Shown: positions 1 to 6,821 of the stretch, piece after piece
Layout of the letters: the number at the start of each line of letters is the position of its first letter
How positions within the stretch are numbered: the first letter of the stretch is position 1
Position numbers and translations under genes: made by a program
Source of the DNA: a virus
Length of the DNA: 13,283 bases
Virus genome (UHGV): UHGV-1611552
Direction: 5' to 3' (one strand)
Notes under the pieces: model-generated
Told to the model about the DNA's origin: nothing
The model's database searches: none
Seen by the model: the letters and a program-made list of their open reading frames with translations, nothing else

Positions 1-205
1 GCGGGAATCCTTCCACCAACAGAATAACGCTGTACTGACCGTACTCAACGTCCATACTGTAACGCCCGGCTTCATCCGGATTTTCTGAGGCCAGCGTGTT
101 CACCACCACCGTGGTGCTGTTACGTTTTGCTTTCAGCTGGATTGTGCAGTTCTGTACCGGTTTTCCTGTGCCGTCTTTCAGTACACCTGAAATCTTTACT
201 GCCAT
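1..205 (-). CDS. stf: Side tail fibre protein Stf, N-terminal fragment (gene runs off the window edge at position 1)
   Basis: Minus-strand ATG at 205..203 preceded by GGGGTGAAT (SD-like). Hand translation gives MAVKISGVLKDGTGKPVQNCTIQLKAKRNSTTVVVN..., matching the N-terminus of lambda Stf (orf-401) as I recall it. No stop within the window, so the CDS is partial. Position 64 nt downstream of lom matches lambda. Confidence 0.8.
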   Translation of the reverse strand, partial: MAVKISGVLKDGTGKPVQNCTIQLKAKRNSTTVVVNTLASENPDEAGRYSMDVEYGQYSVILLVEGFP

Positions 206-214
206 ATTCACCCC

Positions 215-243
215 ACAAAAAAGCCCGCCTGAACCGGCGGGCT
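215..243 (-). terminator. Rho-independent terminator downstream of lom
   Basis: On the minus strand: AGCCCGCC-GGTTCA-GGCGGGCT (8 bp GC-rich stem, 6 nt loop; plus coords 222..243) followed directly by TTTTTTGT (plus 215..221). Lies between the lom stop (270..272) and the stf start (205). Confidence 0.6.
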
Positions 244-269
244 GTCATAACACTGTGTTACCTGGCTAA

Positions 270-869
270 TCAGAATTTATAACCGACACCCACGATGAAA
301 CTGTTGGTACGCCAGTCACCGCTGCCGGAGCCTTCATAAGCGACGTCAACGGCCACGGATTCGGTCGGGTTAAACTGCACGCCAGCTCCCCACGCCAGAG
401 ACGTGTTGCTGTGGCGACCGTCATCACTTCCGGTCAGCACATCGTGCGTTTTCCCCTTGTTGTCAGTTACGCGGAGATAATCCCCGGAGAAAGTCGACAC
501 ACGGCTGTAAGCCACACCCGCCATCGCATACGCGCTGAACCATTCATTCACGCGTACAGACGGCCCCGCCATCACGCTGAACCAGCGGTTACGCACGGAA
601 TCTTCATGCCAGCGGGTATCGCTGTAATGGGTCAGCTGGCGATTCTTGTCTCCTGCATAGCTGAATGACGTCACCAGCCCCAGTGTGTCCGTAAACTCAT
701 AACGGTATTTCACGTTAATCCCGTTCAGATCATCACTGCCGGGAACGTTCGTCCGGGCATGAAGATACCCCGCGCTCAGCGTGGACTGATGTTCAGACGC
801 CCATGCAGGCGCACCGGATACGACCAGACAGATGGCTGCGGACAAAATGGCTGCACAAACTTTACGCAT
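270..869 (-). CDS. lom: Outer membrane protein Lom (Ail/Lom/PagC/Rck family 8-strand beta-barrel), 199 aa
   Basis: ATG at 869..867 with GAGAGG SD about 6 nt upstream; TGA at 272..270. N-terminal signal peptide MRKVCAAILSAAICLVVSGAPAWA; C-terminus ...AYEGSGSGDWRTNSFIVGVGYKF with terminal Phe typical of OM beta-barrels. Sits immediately downstream of J as in lambda. Confidence 0.9.
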   Translation of the reverse strand: MRKVCAAILSAAICLVVSGAPAWASEHQSTLSAGYLHARTNVPGSDDLNGINVKYRYEFTDTLGLVTSFSYAGDKNRQLTHYSDTRWHEDSVRNRWFSVMAGPSVRVNEWFSAYAMAGVAYSRVSTFSGDYLRVTDNKGKTHDVLTGSDDGRHSNTSLAWGAGVQFNPTESVAVDVAYEGSGSGDWRTNSFIVGVGYKF

Positions 870-892
870 AATTACCTCTCGCTTTTCTGCAA

Positions 893-917
893 TAAAAAAG
901 GCGCCATTTCTGGCGCC
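893..917 (-). terminator. Rho-independent terminator downstream of J
   Basis: On the minus strand: GGCGCCA-GAAA-TGGCGCC (7 bp stem, 4 nt loop; plus 900..917) followed by TTTTTTATT (plus 891..899). Lies between the J stop (937..939) and the lom start (869). Confidence 0.6.
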
Positions 918-936
918 CGTATATGGGTTATAAAAT

Positions 937-3900
937 TCAGCTGATACTGATGCCTGCGGTGGCTTTCTTCATCACCACAACCAGCAAATCGCTGATACTT
1001 GCTGTGGGATACCAGTCATTTACCAGCCATGCTGACACCGAAAACTCCAGCGTCATGTGGCCGTGACCAGCTGGCATATCAATAACACCACTGTAAATCA
1101 GCGTATTATCCAGCGCGGTACGGTTATAAATTTCAGCACCATTTTTCTTCACTATCAGGCGGCATGACGAATAAATATCGTTATTCTCCCGCTCATGTTT
1201 AGCGCCGCAGAATGCCACCGCTGGAATAACAATTTGCCTGTCAAAAGGCTGATCGTCATAAATCCTGACGGTAATGGTCCCTGATGGCCACCGCTCCGGT
1301 GCCCGGGAGTCCCGCGGGAAAGCCTTACCCACTGTTTTGACAATATCGCCTTCAATCTGATTGGCTGACAGTTTCCCCTTAATCTGACAGTTCTCATTAA
1401 TCGTGACGTTGTTGAGCGTCCCGGAGTTCGCATTCACACTGCCACTGATATCCGCATTTTTAGCAGTCAGCTTTCCGTCCGGTGTCAGGGAAAATGCCGG
1501 TGGATTTCCACCGCTGGTAATGGTGGGGGCCGTCAGGCGTTTCAGGAACACGTCGTTCATGAATATCTGATCGCCCTGACCAACAAACATCGGTTTTGTG
1601 TTGCCATTCGCAGGATTAACCATCGCAATCCTGTCCGCCGCCAGCAGCACCTGACTCTGCATGCCGTCAGGGGTGTTCTCAATACCGGCACCAATACCCG
1701 CGATATAAAGGCGTCCGTCCTGCATCTGCTGCAGCTTCACAGCCCACATGCTGTTCAGGTTATTATTTGTATCAACCTGAACCTTCTGTATCTGCTGAAT
1801 TGCCGCACTCTGGTCTTCCAGTTTCTTATTGACGGTCTGCGTGATTTCATTGCTGACATCCGTAATGGACGTCCTGATTTCAGCCAGGTCAGGCGCAAGC
1901 TGACCGTTATCAATCTGCGTCCACAGCTCCTGAGCCAGATGGGTTTTCCCTATCTCGCCTTTGAAAAAATCCAGATAGCCGGATGCATCATCACTCGGCT
2001 GACCAACAGCCTCCACGAATGCCGATTTGCCAACGGTGTTCACACTGCGAACGTAAAAATAATAATCATGGCCCGGTTTGATATTGATACTGGCGGCTAT
2101 CCAGTACAGCGCCGTGCCAAGATAGCGGGCTGTGGTTTCAACCTGCCTGATATCGGTAATCCGCTTTTCCGAGAACCAGAACTCAAACTGTACCGTCGGA
2201 TCATAAACCGCAAGATGCGGCGTGGCGGTTATCTGAAAATAGCCCGGCGTCAGCTCAATCCGCGACGGCACTGCAGGTGCGGCAATCCGGAACGATACCG
2301 ATGCCGGATCGCCCTGCTGCCCCCACGCATTTACCGCCCGGACTGTCAGCCTGTAGTTCCCTGGCGCCAGTTGCGTGAAGCGGTATGTGGTTTCCGTCGT
2401 CCGGGCCGTGCTGACCAGCCGCTCACTGCCGTCATCCGCTGCCACGGTCAGGCGAAGCAGGAAGCTCACGCCCTTCACCACCTTCGGCGTGTCCCAGCGC
2501 GCCAGCACCTGATATTCCCCGCTGTCTGCGGTGACTTCGGCGGTCAGGTGCTGCACCGCTGGCGGCGTGACACCATTCACCGTGCCGCTCTGGTCGCCGT
2601 CAAAGTGCGCCCCGTTATCCACGATGGCCTCTTTTTCCGGTACATGCTGCACGGCGGTGATGGCATACGTGCCGTCGTCGTTCTCACGGATACTCACGCA
2701 GCGGAACAGGCGCTGGCGCAGCGTCGGCAGCTTCAGCCCCCATACGCTGTATTCAGCAACACCCTCAGGAACACGGCTCACTTTTACCTTCACGCCGTCG
2801 GTGACGGACTGAACCTCCACGCTGACCGGATTGCCACTTCCGTCAACCAGGCTTATCAGCGTGGTGCCGGAGGATGGCAGCGTGATTTCACGGTCGAGCG
2901 TCAGCGTCCGGGTCTGGCTGTTCACCGCCAGCACGCGCCCGCCGGTGCTGATCCCCGCATAGTCATCATCGCAGATTTCAATAACATCACCCGGCACATG
3001 GCGAAGCCCTTCGGCACCCACGCTGAAATCCACGGTCTGCGTCTCCAGCAGCTCCGTTTTAATCAGCCACAGCCCGGCGCGGTGTGCCTGCCCCCGGCTG
3101 GTACAGCCAAAGGCATCCATCTTCGTAACATTACGACCGTAACGGGCAATGGCCTGCGTATCTTCAACAAGCTCTGTCGCCGTCTCCCAGCCGTTGTTCG
3201 GGTCAATCCAGTTCACCTCAACGGCATTATGGCGGTCCTTCAGGGCGCTGAAGCTGTAGCGGAACGGCGCGCCATCATCCGGCATCACCACATTACTGCG
3301 GTTATAGGTCCACACCTTATCCGACGGTCGGTCCTGCACGAACGTCAGCGTCTGCCCGTTCCATACCGGCATACAGCGCATCGCCGAGCAGAAATCACTG
3401 AGCACATCCCACGCCTTGCGCTGTGTGGTCAGCCAGGCATTACAGGTGATGCGCGGCTCCGTGCCGCCAAAACCGTCCGGCACTGACTGGTCGCAGTACT
3501 GGCCGATGACATACAGCGCCCATTTATCCACATCCGCCGCACCAAGACGTTTCCCCATGCCGTAGCGTGGATGGGTCAGCATATCCCACAGACACCAGGC
3601 CATGTTATTGCTGTATGCTGGCTTAAACGTTCCGTCCCAGATACCGCTGTATTGCCGCGTCTGCGGGTTATAGTTCGACGGCACCTGCAGAATACGCCCG
3701 CGCAGATGATAATTACGGCTCACCTGCTGGCTGCCGAACTGCTCCGAATCCACCTGTACGCCGACCAGTGCCGTGTTCGGGTAGCACTGTTTCACATCGA
3801 TGATTTCGGTGTATGACGACCAGAGCGTTTTGTTCTGCAGCTGGTCTGTGGTGCTGTCCGGCGTCATCCTGCGCATCCGGATATTAAACGGGCGCGGCGG

Positions 3901-4416
3901 CAGGTTATCCACCACCACCGAGGCCAGATACTGCGAGGTGGTTTTGCCCTTAATGGTGATGTCTTTTTCCGTCACCCAGCCACCGTTACGTTGTATCTGA
4001 ACCAGCAGGCGGACTTCCGACGGATTCCTGTCTCCCTTTGAGGTGGTTTCCACCAGTGCCTGTACACCGAAGGTAAAGCGCAGACGGTCGATGTTTGCCG
4101 ACGTAATGGTACGGGTGATCGGCGTGTCATATTTCACTTCCGTACCCAGCACCGTCTCGGAGCCGGAGGATTCAAATCCCTCCGGCGGTGTCTGCTCCTG
4201 CTCACCGGCCCGGAACACCACCGTGACGCCGGATATATTGGTATTCCCCTCACTGTCCAGCACCGGCGTACTGTTCAGCAGCACGCTTTTTAATCCATCC
4301 ACCGGACCTTCAACCGGCCCTTCGCTGATGGCATCGATCACACTCAGCAGCTGCGTGGACTTCAGGTTGTCCTTCGCTTCGCGCGGGGTATGCCCCTTAC
4401 TGCTGCCTTTACCCAT
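937..4416 (-). CDS. J: Tail tip / host specificity protein J (central tail fibre), 1159 aa
   Basis: ATG at 4416..4414, TGA at 939..937. N-terminus [34 protein letters not shown]... matches lambda gpJ as recalled. It is the largest ORF and sits 60 nt downstream of I, as in lambda. Length differs from the 1132 aa I recall for lambda J, and the distal third appears divergent. Confidence 0.95.
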   Translation of the reverse strand: MGKGSSKGHTPREAKDNLKSTQLLSVIDAISEGPVEGPVDGLKSVLLNSTPVLDSEGNTNISGVTVVFRAGEQEQTPPEGFESSGSETVLGTEVKYDTPITRTITSANIDRLRFTFGVQALVETTSKGDRNPSEVRLLVQIQRNGGWVTEKDITIKGKTTSQYLASVVVDNLPPRPFNIRMRRMTPDSTTDQLQNKTLWSSYTEIIDVKQCYPNTALVGVQVDSEQFGSQQVSRNYHLRGRILQVPSNYNPQTRQYSGIWDGTFKPAYSNNMAWCLWDMLTHPRYGMGKRLGAADVDKWALYVIGQYCDQSVPDGFGGTEPRITCNAWLTTQRKAWDVLSDFCSAMRCMPVWNGQTLTFVQDRPSDKVWTYNRSNVVMPDDGAPFRYSFSALKDRHNAVEVNWIDPNNGWETATELVEDTQAIARYGRNVTKMDAFGCTSRGQAHRAGLWLIKTELLETQTVDFSVGAEGLRHVPGDVIEICDDDYAGISTGGRVLAVNSQTRTLTLDREITLPSSGTTLISLVDGSGNPVSVEVQSVTDGVKVKVSRVPEGVAEYSVWGLKLPTLRQRLFRCVSIRENDDGTYAITAVQHVPEKEAIVDNGAHFDGDQSGTVNGVTPPAVQHLTAEVTADSGEYQVLARWDTPKVVKGVSFLLRLTVAADDGSERLVSTARTTETTYRFTQLAPGNYRLTVRAVNAWGQQGDPASVSFRIAAPAVPSRIELTPGYFQITATPHLAVYDPTVQFEFWFSEKRITDIRQVETTARYLGTALYWIAASINIKPGHDYYFYVRSVNTVGKSAFVEAVGQPSDDASGYLDFFKGEIGKTHLAQELWTQIDNGQLAPDLAEIRTSITDVSNEITQTVNKKLEDQSAAIQQIQKVQVDTNNNLNSMWAVKLQQMQDGRLYIAGIGAGIENTPDGMQSQVLLAADRIAMVNPANGNTKPMFVGQGDQIFMNDVFLKRLTAPTITSGGNPPAFSLTPDGKLTAKNADISGSVNANSGTLNNVTINENCQIKGKLSANQIEGDIVKTVGKAFPRDSRAPERWPSGTITVRIYDDQPFDRQIVIPAVAFCGAKHERENNDIYSSCRLIVKKNGAEIYNRTALDNTLIYSGVIDMPAGHGHMTLEFSVSAWLVNDWYPTASISDLLVVVMKKATAGISIS

Positions 4417-4430
4417 TCGTCATGCTCCAT

Positions 4431-4458
4431 AAACGATAAAACCGCCCGGAGGCGGTTT
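4431..4458 (-). other. GC-rich hairpin with U-rich 3' tail in the I-J intergenic region
   Basis: On the minus strand: AAACCGCC-TCCG-GGCGGTTT (8 bp stem, 4 nt loop; plus 4439..4458) then T-ATCGTTT (plus 4431..4438), followed by the J SD GGAG and ATG. Confidence 0.5.
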
Positions 4459-4476
4459 CACATAAAACATTTTGCA

Positions 4477-5148
4477 TCAGCGACCAATCACCACAACCTG
4501 ACCACCATCCCCTTCGTCTGCCGTGCTGATCTCCTGAGAGACCACCCGCGACCCCACGCGCATTTCACCGTACAGAACGGGCAGAACATTGCCCTGGGCA
4601 ACCATGTTATCCAGTGAGGAGAAATAGGTGTTCTGTTTGCCGTTATCTGTACTTGCTGCCGTGGGCGTCCTGGCTTTCGGTGCCAGCATCTGCGCCACAC
4701 CACCAAGTACCATACTGGCACCGAGAGAAAACAGGATACCGGTCATACCACCGGCCCCAATGGCTGCCCCCCATGCTGCAAGAGTGGCTCCGGCAGTAAA
4801 GAATGATCCGGCAATGGCGGCAGCCCCCAGAACAATCTGGAATACGCCCCCTGACTTGGCCCCGGCGACTCTGGGAACAATATGAATCACAGCGCCGTCA
4901 GGCAGAGTCTCATGTAACTGCGCCGTTAACCCGGACGTGCTGACGTCCCGCCCGGCAATCCGTACCTGATACCAGCCGTCGCTCAGTTTCTGACGAAACG
5001 CCGGGAGCTGTGTGGCCAGTGCCCGGATGGCTTCAGCCCCCGTTTTCACACGAAGGTCGATGCGGCGGCCAAATCGTTGTAAATCCCCGTAAAGGCAGAT
5101 GCGCGCCATGCCCGGTGACGCCAGAGGGAGTGTGTGCGTCGCTGCCAT
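4477..5148 (-). CDS. I: Tail assembly protein I, 223 aa (N-terminal ubiquitin-like domain, Gly/Ala-rich hydrophobic C-terminal half)
   Basis: ATG at 5148..5146, TGA at 4479..4477. Sequence MAATHTLPLASPGMARICLYGDLQRFGRRIDLRVKTG... matches lambda gpI as recalled. Overlaps the 3' end of K by 103 nt in a different frame, as in lambda. Confidence 0.9.
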   Translation of the reverse strand: MAATHTLPLASPGMARICLYGDLQRFGRRIDLRVKTGAEAIRALATQLPAFRQKLSDGWYQVRIAGRDVSTSGLTAQLHETLPDGAVIHIVPRVAGAKSGGVFQIVLGAAAIAGSFFTAGATLAAWGAAIGAGGMTGILFSLGASMVLGGVAQMLAPKARTPTAASTDNGKQNTYFSSLDNMVAQGNVLPVLYGEMRVGSRVVSQEISTADEGDGGQVVVIGR

Positions 5149-5789
5149 TTGTCGGTATACCTCTCTCGTTTACTCAGTTGTTCAGGAATATGGTGCAGCA
5201 GCTCGCCGTCGCCGCAGTAAATTGCGGCGTGATTCGGCACCGATGAACCAAAACAGCACAGCAGAACATCGCCCGGCTGTGCCGCTGACAACGGCACCTG
5301 ATACAGCCCTGTGGCCTCCAGATTATCCAGATAGAGATTCTGACCGTTACGCCACCAGTCATCCTCGCGATGAAAATCCGGCATCTCAATCCCCGCCAGA
5401 TGGTAAGCATCCCGGAACAGCGTGTAACAGTCCGTCACCCCGTGCTCAAAGCGCCGCCCGGTGAGATGCGGCACACAGCGGAACTTGTGAATCGCCCCCC
5501 GGCAGACCAGCCACCACGGCAAATCACTCTGCACCTGCAGCCGCCGGTCGGCCTCACTCAGCCAGGGCAGACCACCGGGGTGGCTGTGGACCAGCGCCAC
5601 AATCTCTCTCTGCATTTCTGCACTCAGCCAGTCCTCCGGCGACATCCGGAAATACTCCTCCGGCTCACCGGAGATATTCACGCAGGGAAAATATCTTTCC
5701 CCCTCCGGCGTGCTTACCACGAAGCCGCACGACTCCGCTGGCGCACATCGCCGGGCGTGCGCCAGAATCGCTGATTCTGTCTCTGTCAT
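5046..5789 (-). CDS. K: Tail assembly protein K (JAB/MPN domain + NlpC/P60 domain)
   Basis: Reading frame open from 5831 to the stop at 5048..5046. JAMM-type motif HSHPGGLPWLSEAD (HxHx7Sx2D) at about 5547..5588; NlpC/P60-like Cys in GVTDCYTLF at about 5427..5429. Two candidate starts: ATG at 5789 (247 aa, 4 nt after the L stop, weak SD) or ATG at 5645 (199 aa, the length I recall for the lambda annotation, GGAGGAG SD). The longer form is given here because it includes the region upstream of the HxH motif. Confidence 0.8.
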   Translation of the reverse strand: MTETESAILAHARRCAPAESCGFVVSTPEGERYFPCVNISGEPEEYFRMSPEDWLSAEMQREIVALVHSHPGGLPWLSEADRRLQVQSDLPWWLVCRGAIHKFRCVPHLTGRRFEHGVTDCYTLFRDAYHLAGIEMPDFHREDDWWRNGQNLYLDNLEATGLYQVPLSAAQPGDVLLCCFGSSVPNHAAIYCGDGELLHHIPEQLSKRERYTDKWQRRTHSLWRHRAWRASAFTGIYNDLAAASTFV

Positions 5790-5793
5790 GGGA

Positions 5794-6492
5794 TTACTGC
5801 GAAAGTTTGTTAATGGAAAGGAAGCCGCCAAAGTTGCCGACGTTATTGCGAAACTTACAGCCGCTCAGGCATTTGCTGCATTTATCCTTCGTGATATCGG
5901 ACGTCGGCTGATCATATTCATCCGCGACCGCCGGACCGTGATAACCGCACTCATCACCGCGATAGGTCCAGGTGCAGGTGTTGGCCAGCATGATACGTCC
6001 CGGAAAAACGGCACCGTCCGTTTCCGTCGGCGTGGACAGTACAAAAGAGGCACTCACCGCGCTCAGTTCGCTGCACTGCTCGATGCGCCAGCGGCTGATC
6101 ACCTCCTGCTCCGGATCGGCGTCACTGTTTCCGTTGACGAAGTTCACCGCATCCAGAAAACGGGCGTAAACCTTACGCCGGACCACCGTTCCGCCGACCA
6201 GACTCTGCAGATCTTCCGCCATCCCGGTGACCATACCGTACAGGTTAGAAACCGTCAGCGTGGGGCGCGTACTGGTGCCTTTGCCATTCAGTTCAAAACC
6301 ACTCCCCTGAATGGGATACGGCTGATACTGTCGCCCCTGCCAGGTGACCGGCTCACCTTTTTCGTTCTGCTCATTACAGAAAAAATAACGTTCTCCACCG
6401 ACCTCTGTCAGGTCGATTTCCCAGAGCACCACGCTGGCCGACTGCTCCGCACGGGTGCATTCATTCAGTGTTTCCTGCCGGATATCCTGCAT
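5794..6492 (-). CDS. L: Minor tail protein L, 232 aa
   Basis: ATG at 6492..6490, TAA at 5796..5794. MQDIRQETLNECTRAEQSASVVLWEIDLTEVGGERYFFCNEQ... matches lambda gpL as recalled. Start overlaps the M stop (TGATG). Confidence 0.9.
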   Translation of the reverse strand: MQDIRQETLNECTRAEQSASVVLWEIDLTEVGGERYFFCNEQNEKGEPVTWQGRQYQPYPIQGSGFELNGKGTSTRPTLTVSNLYGMVTGMAEDLQSLVGGTVVRRKVYARFLDAVNFVNGNSDADPEQEVISRWRIEQCSELSAVSASFVLSTPTETDGAVFPGRIMLANTCTWTYRGDECGYHGPAVADEYDQPTSDITKDKCSKCLSGCKFRNNVGNFGGFLSINKLSQ

Positions 6493-6821
6493 CAGTTCAC
6501 CACCTGTTCAAACTCTGCGCTGAACTCAACACGCAGCATACTGACCCGCGACGACCATTTTGCGCAGGTCACCTTTATCTGCCGCCACTCATAAGGCGGC
6601 GTCCACAGAAAGGCTTTCCAGCCCCCGTGCTCTTCCAGAAACGACTCCAGTACCGTGGCCTCCTCACGGGGGACAGAAAGCGTCACGCTGTACGTTTTCA
6701 GGTTGGCATTCAGCCCGGCAGGCGCTCGCTGAGAATAGCCATCACCAAAGCGCACCTTTCTTACAGAAGGGGCCGAAGCCACATCCATACCGGGTTTCAC
6801 TTTCCAGCGGAAGGTCTTCAT
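6492..6821 (-). CDS. M: Minor tail protein M, 109 aa
   Basis: ATG at 6821..6819 overlapping the H stop (ATGA); TGA at 6494..6492. Length and position match lambda gpM. Confidence 0.9.
   Translation of the reverse strand: MKTFRWKVKPGMDVASAPSVRKVRFGDGYSQRAPAGLNANLKTYSVTLSVPREEATVLESFLEEHGGWKAFLWTPPYEWRQIKVTCAKWSSRVSMLRVEFSAEFEQVVN

Noticed and set aside
870-936. Possible sigma70 promoter for lom in the J-lom spacer
   Set aside because: The spacer is largely occupied by the terminator hairpin, leaving only about 25 nt before the lom ATG. I could not place a convincing -35/-10 pair; any lom promoter is more likely inside the 3' end of J and cannot be called from sequence alone.
1939-3486. Long plus-strand ORF (515 aa) in the six-frame track
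   Set aside because: Lies entirely antisense to J, whose identity is strongly supported. Its translation is Arg/His/Cys/Pro-rich with low complexity, typical of antisense shadow ORFs in GC-rich coding DNA, and has no SD or recognisable motifs.
937-4416. Diversity-generating retroelement targeting the J C-terminus
   Set aside because: No reverse transcriptase ORF and no template/variable repeat pair are visible in the window; the divergence in J is better explained by mosaic recombination.
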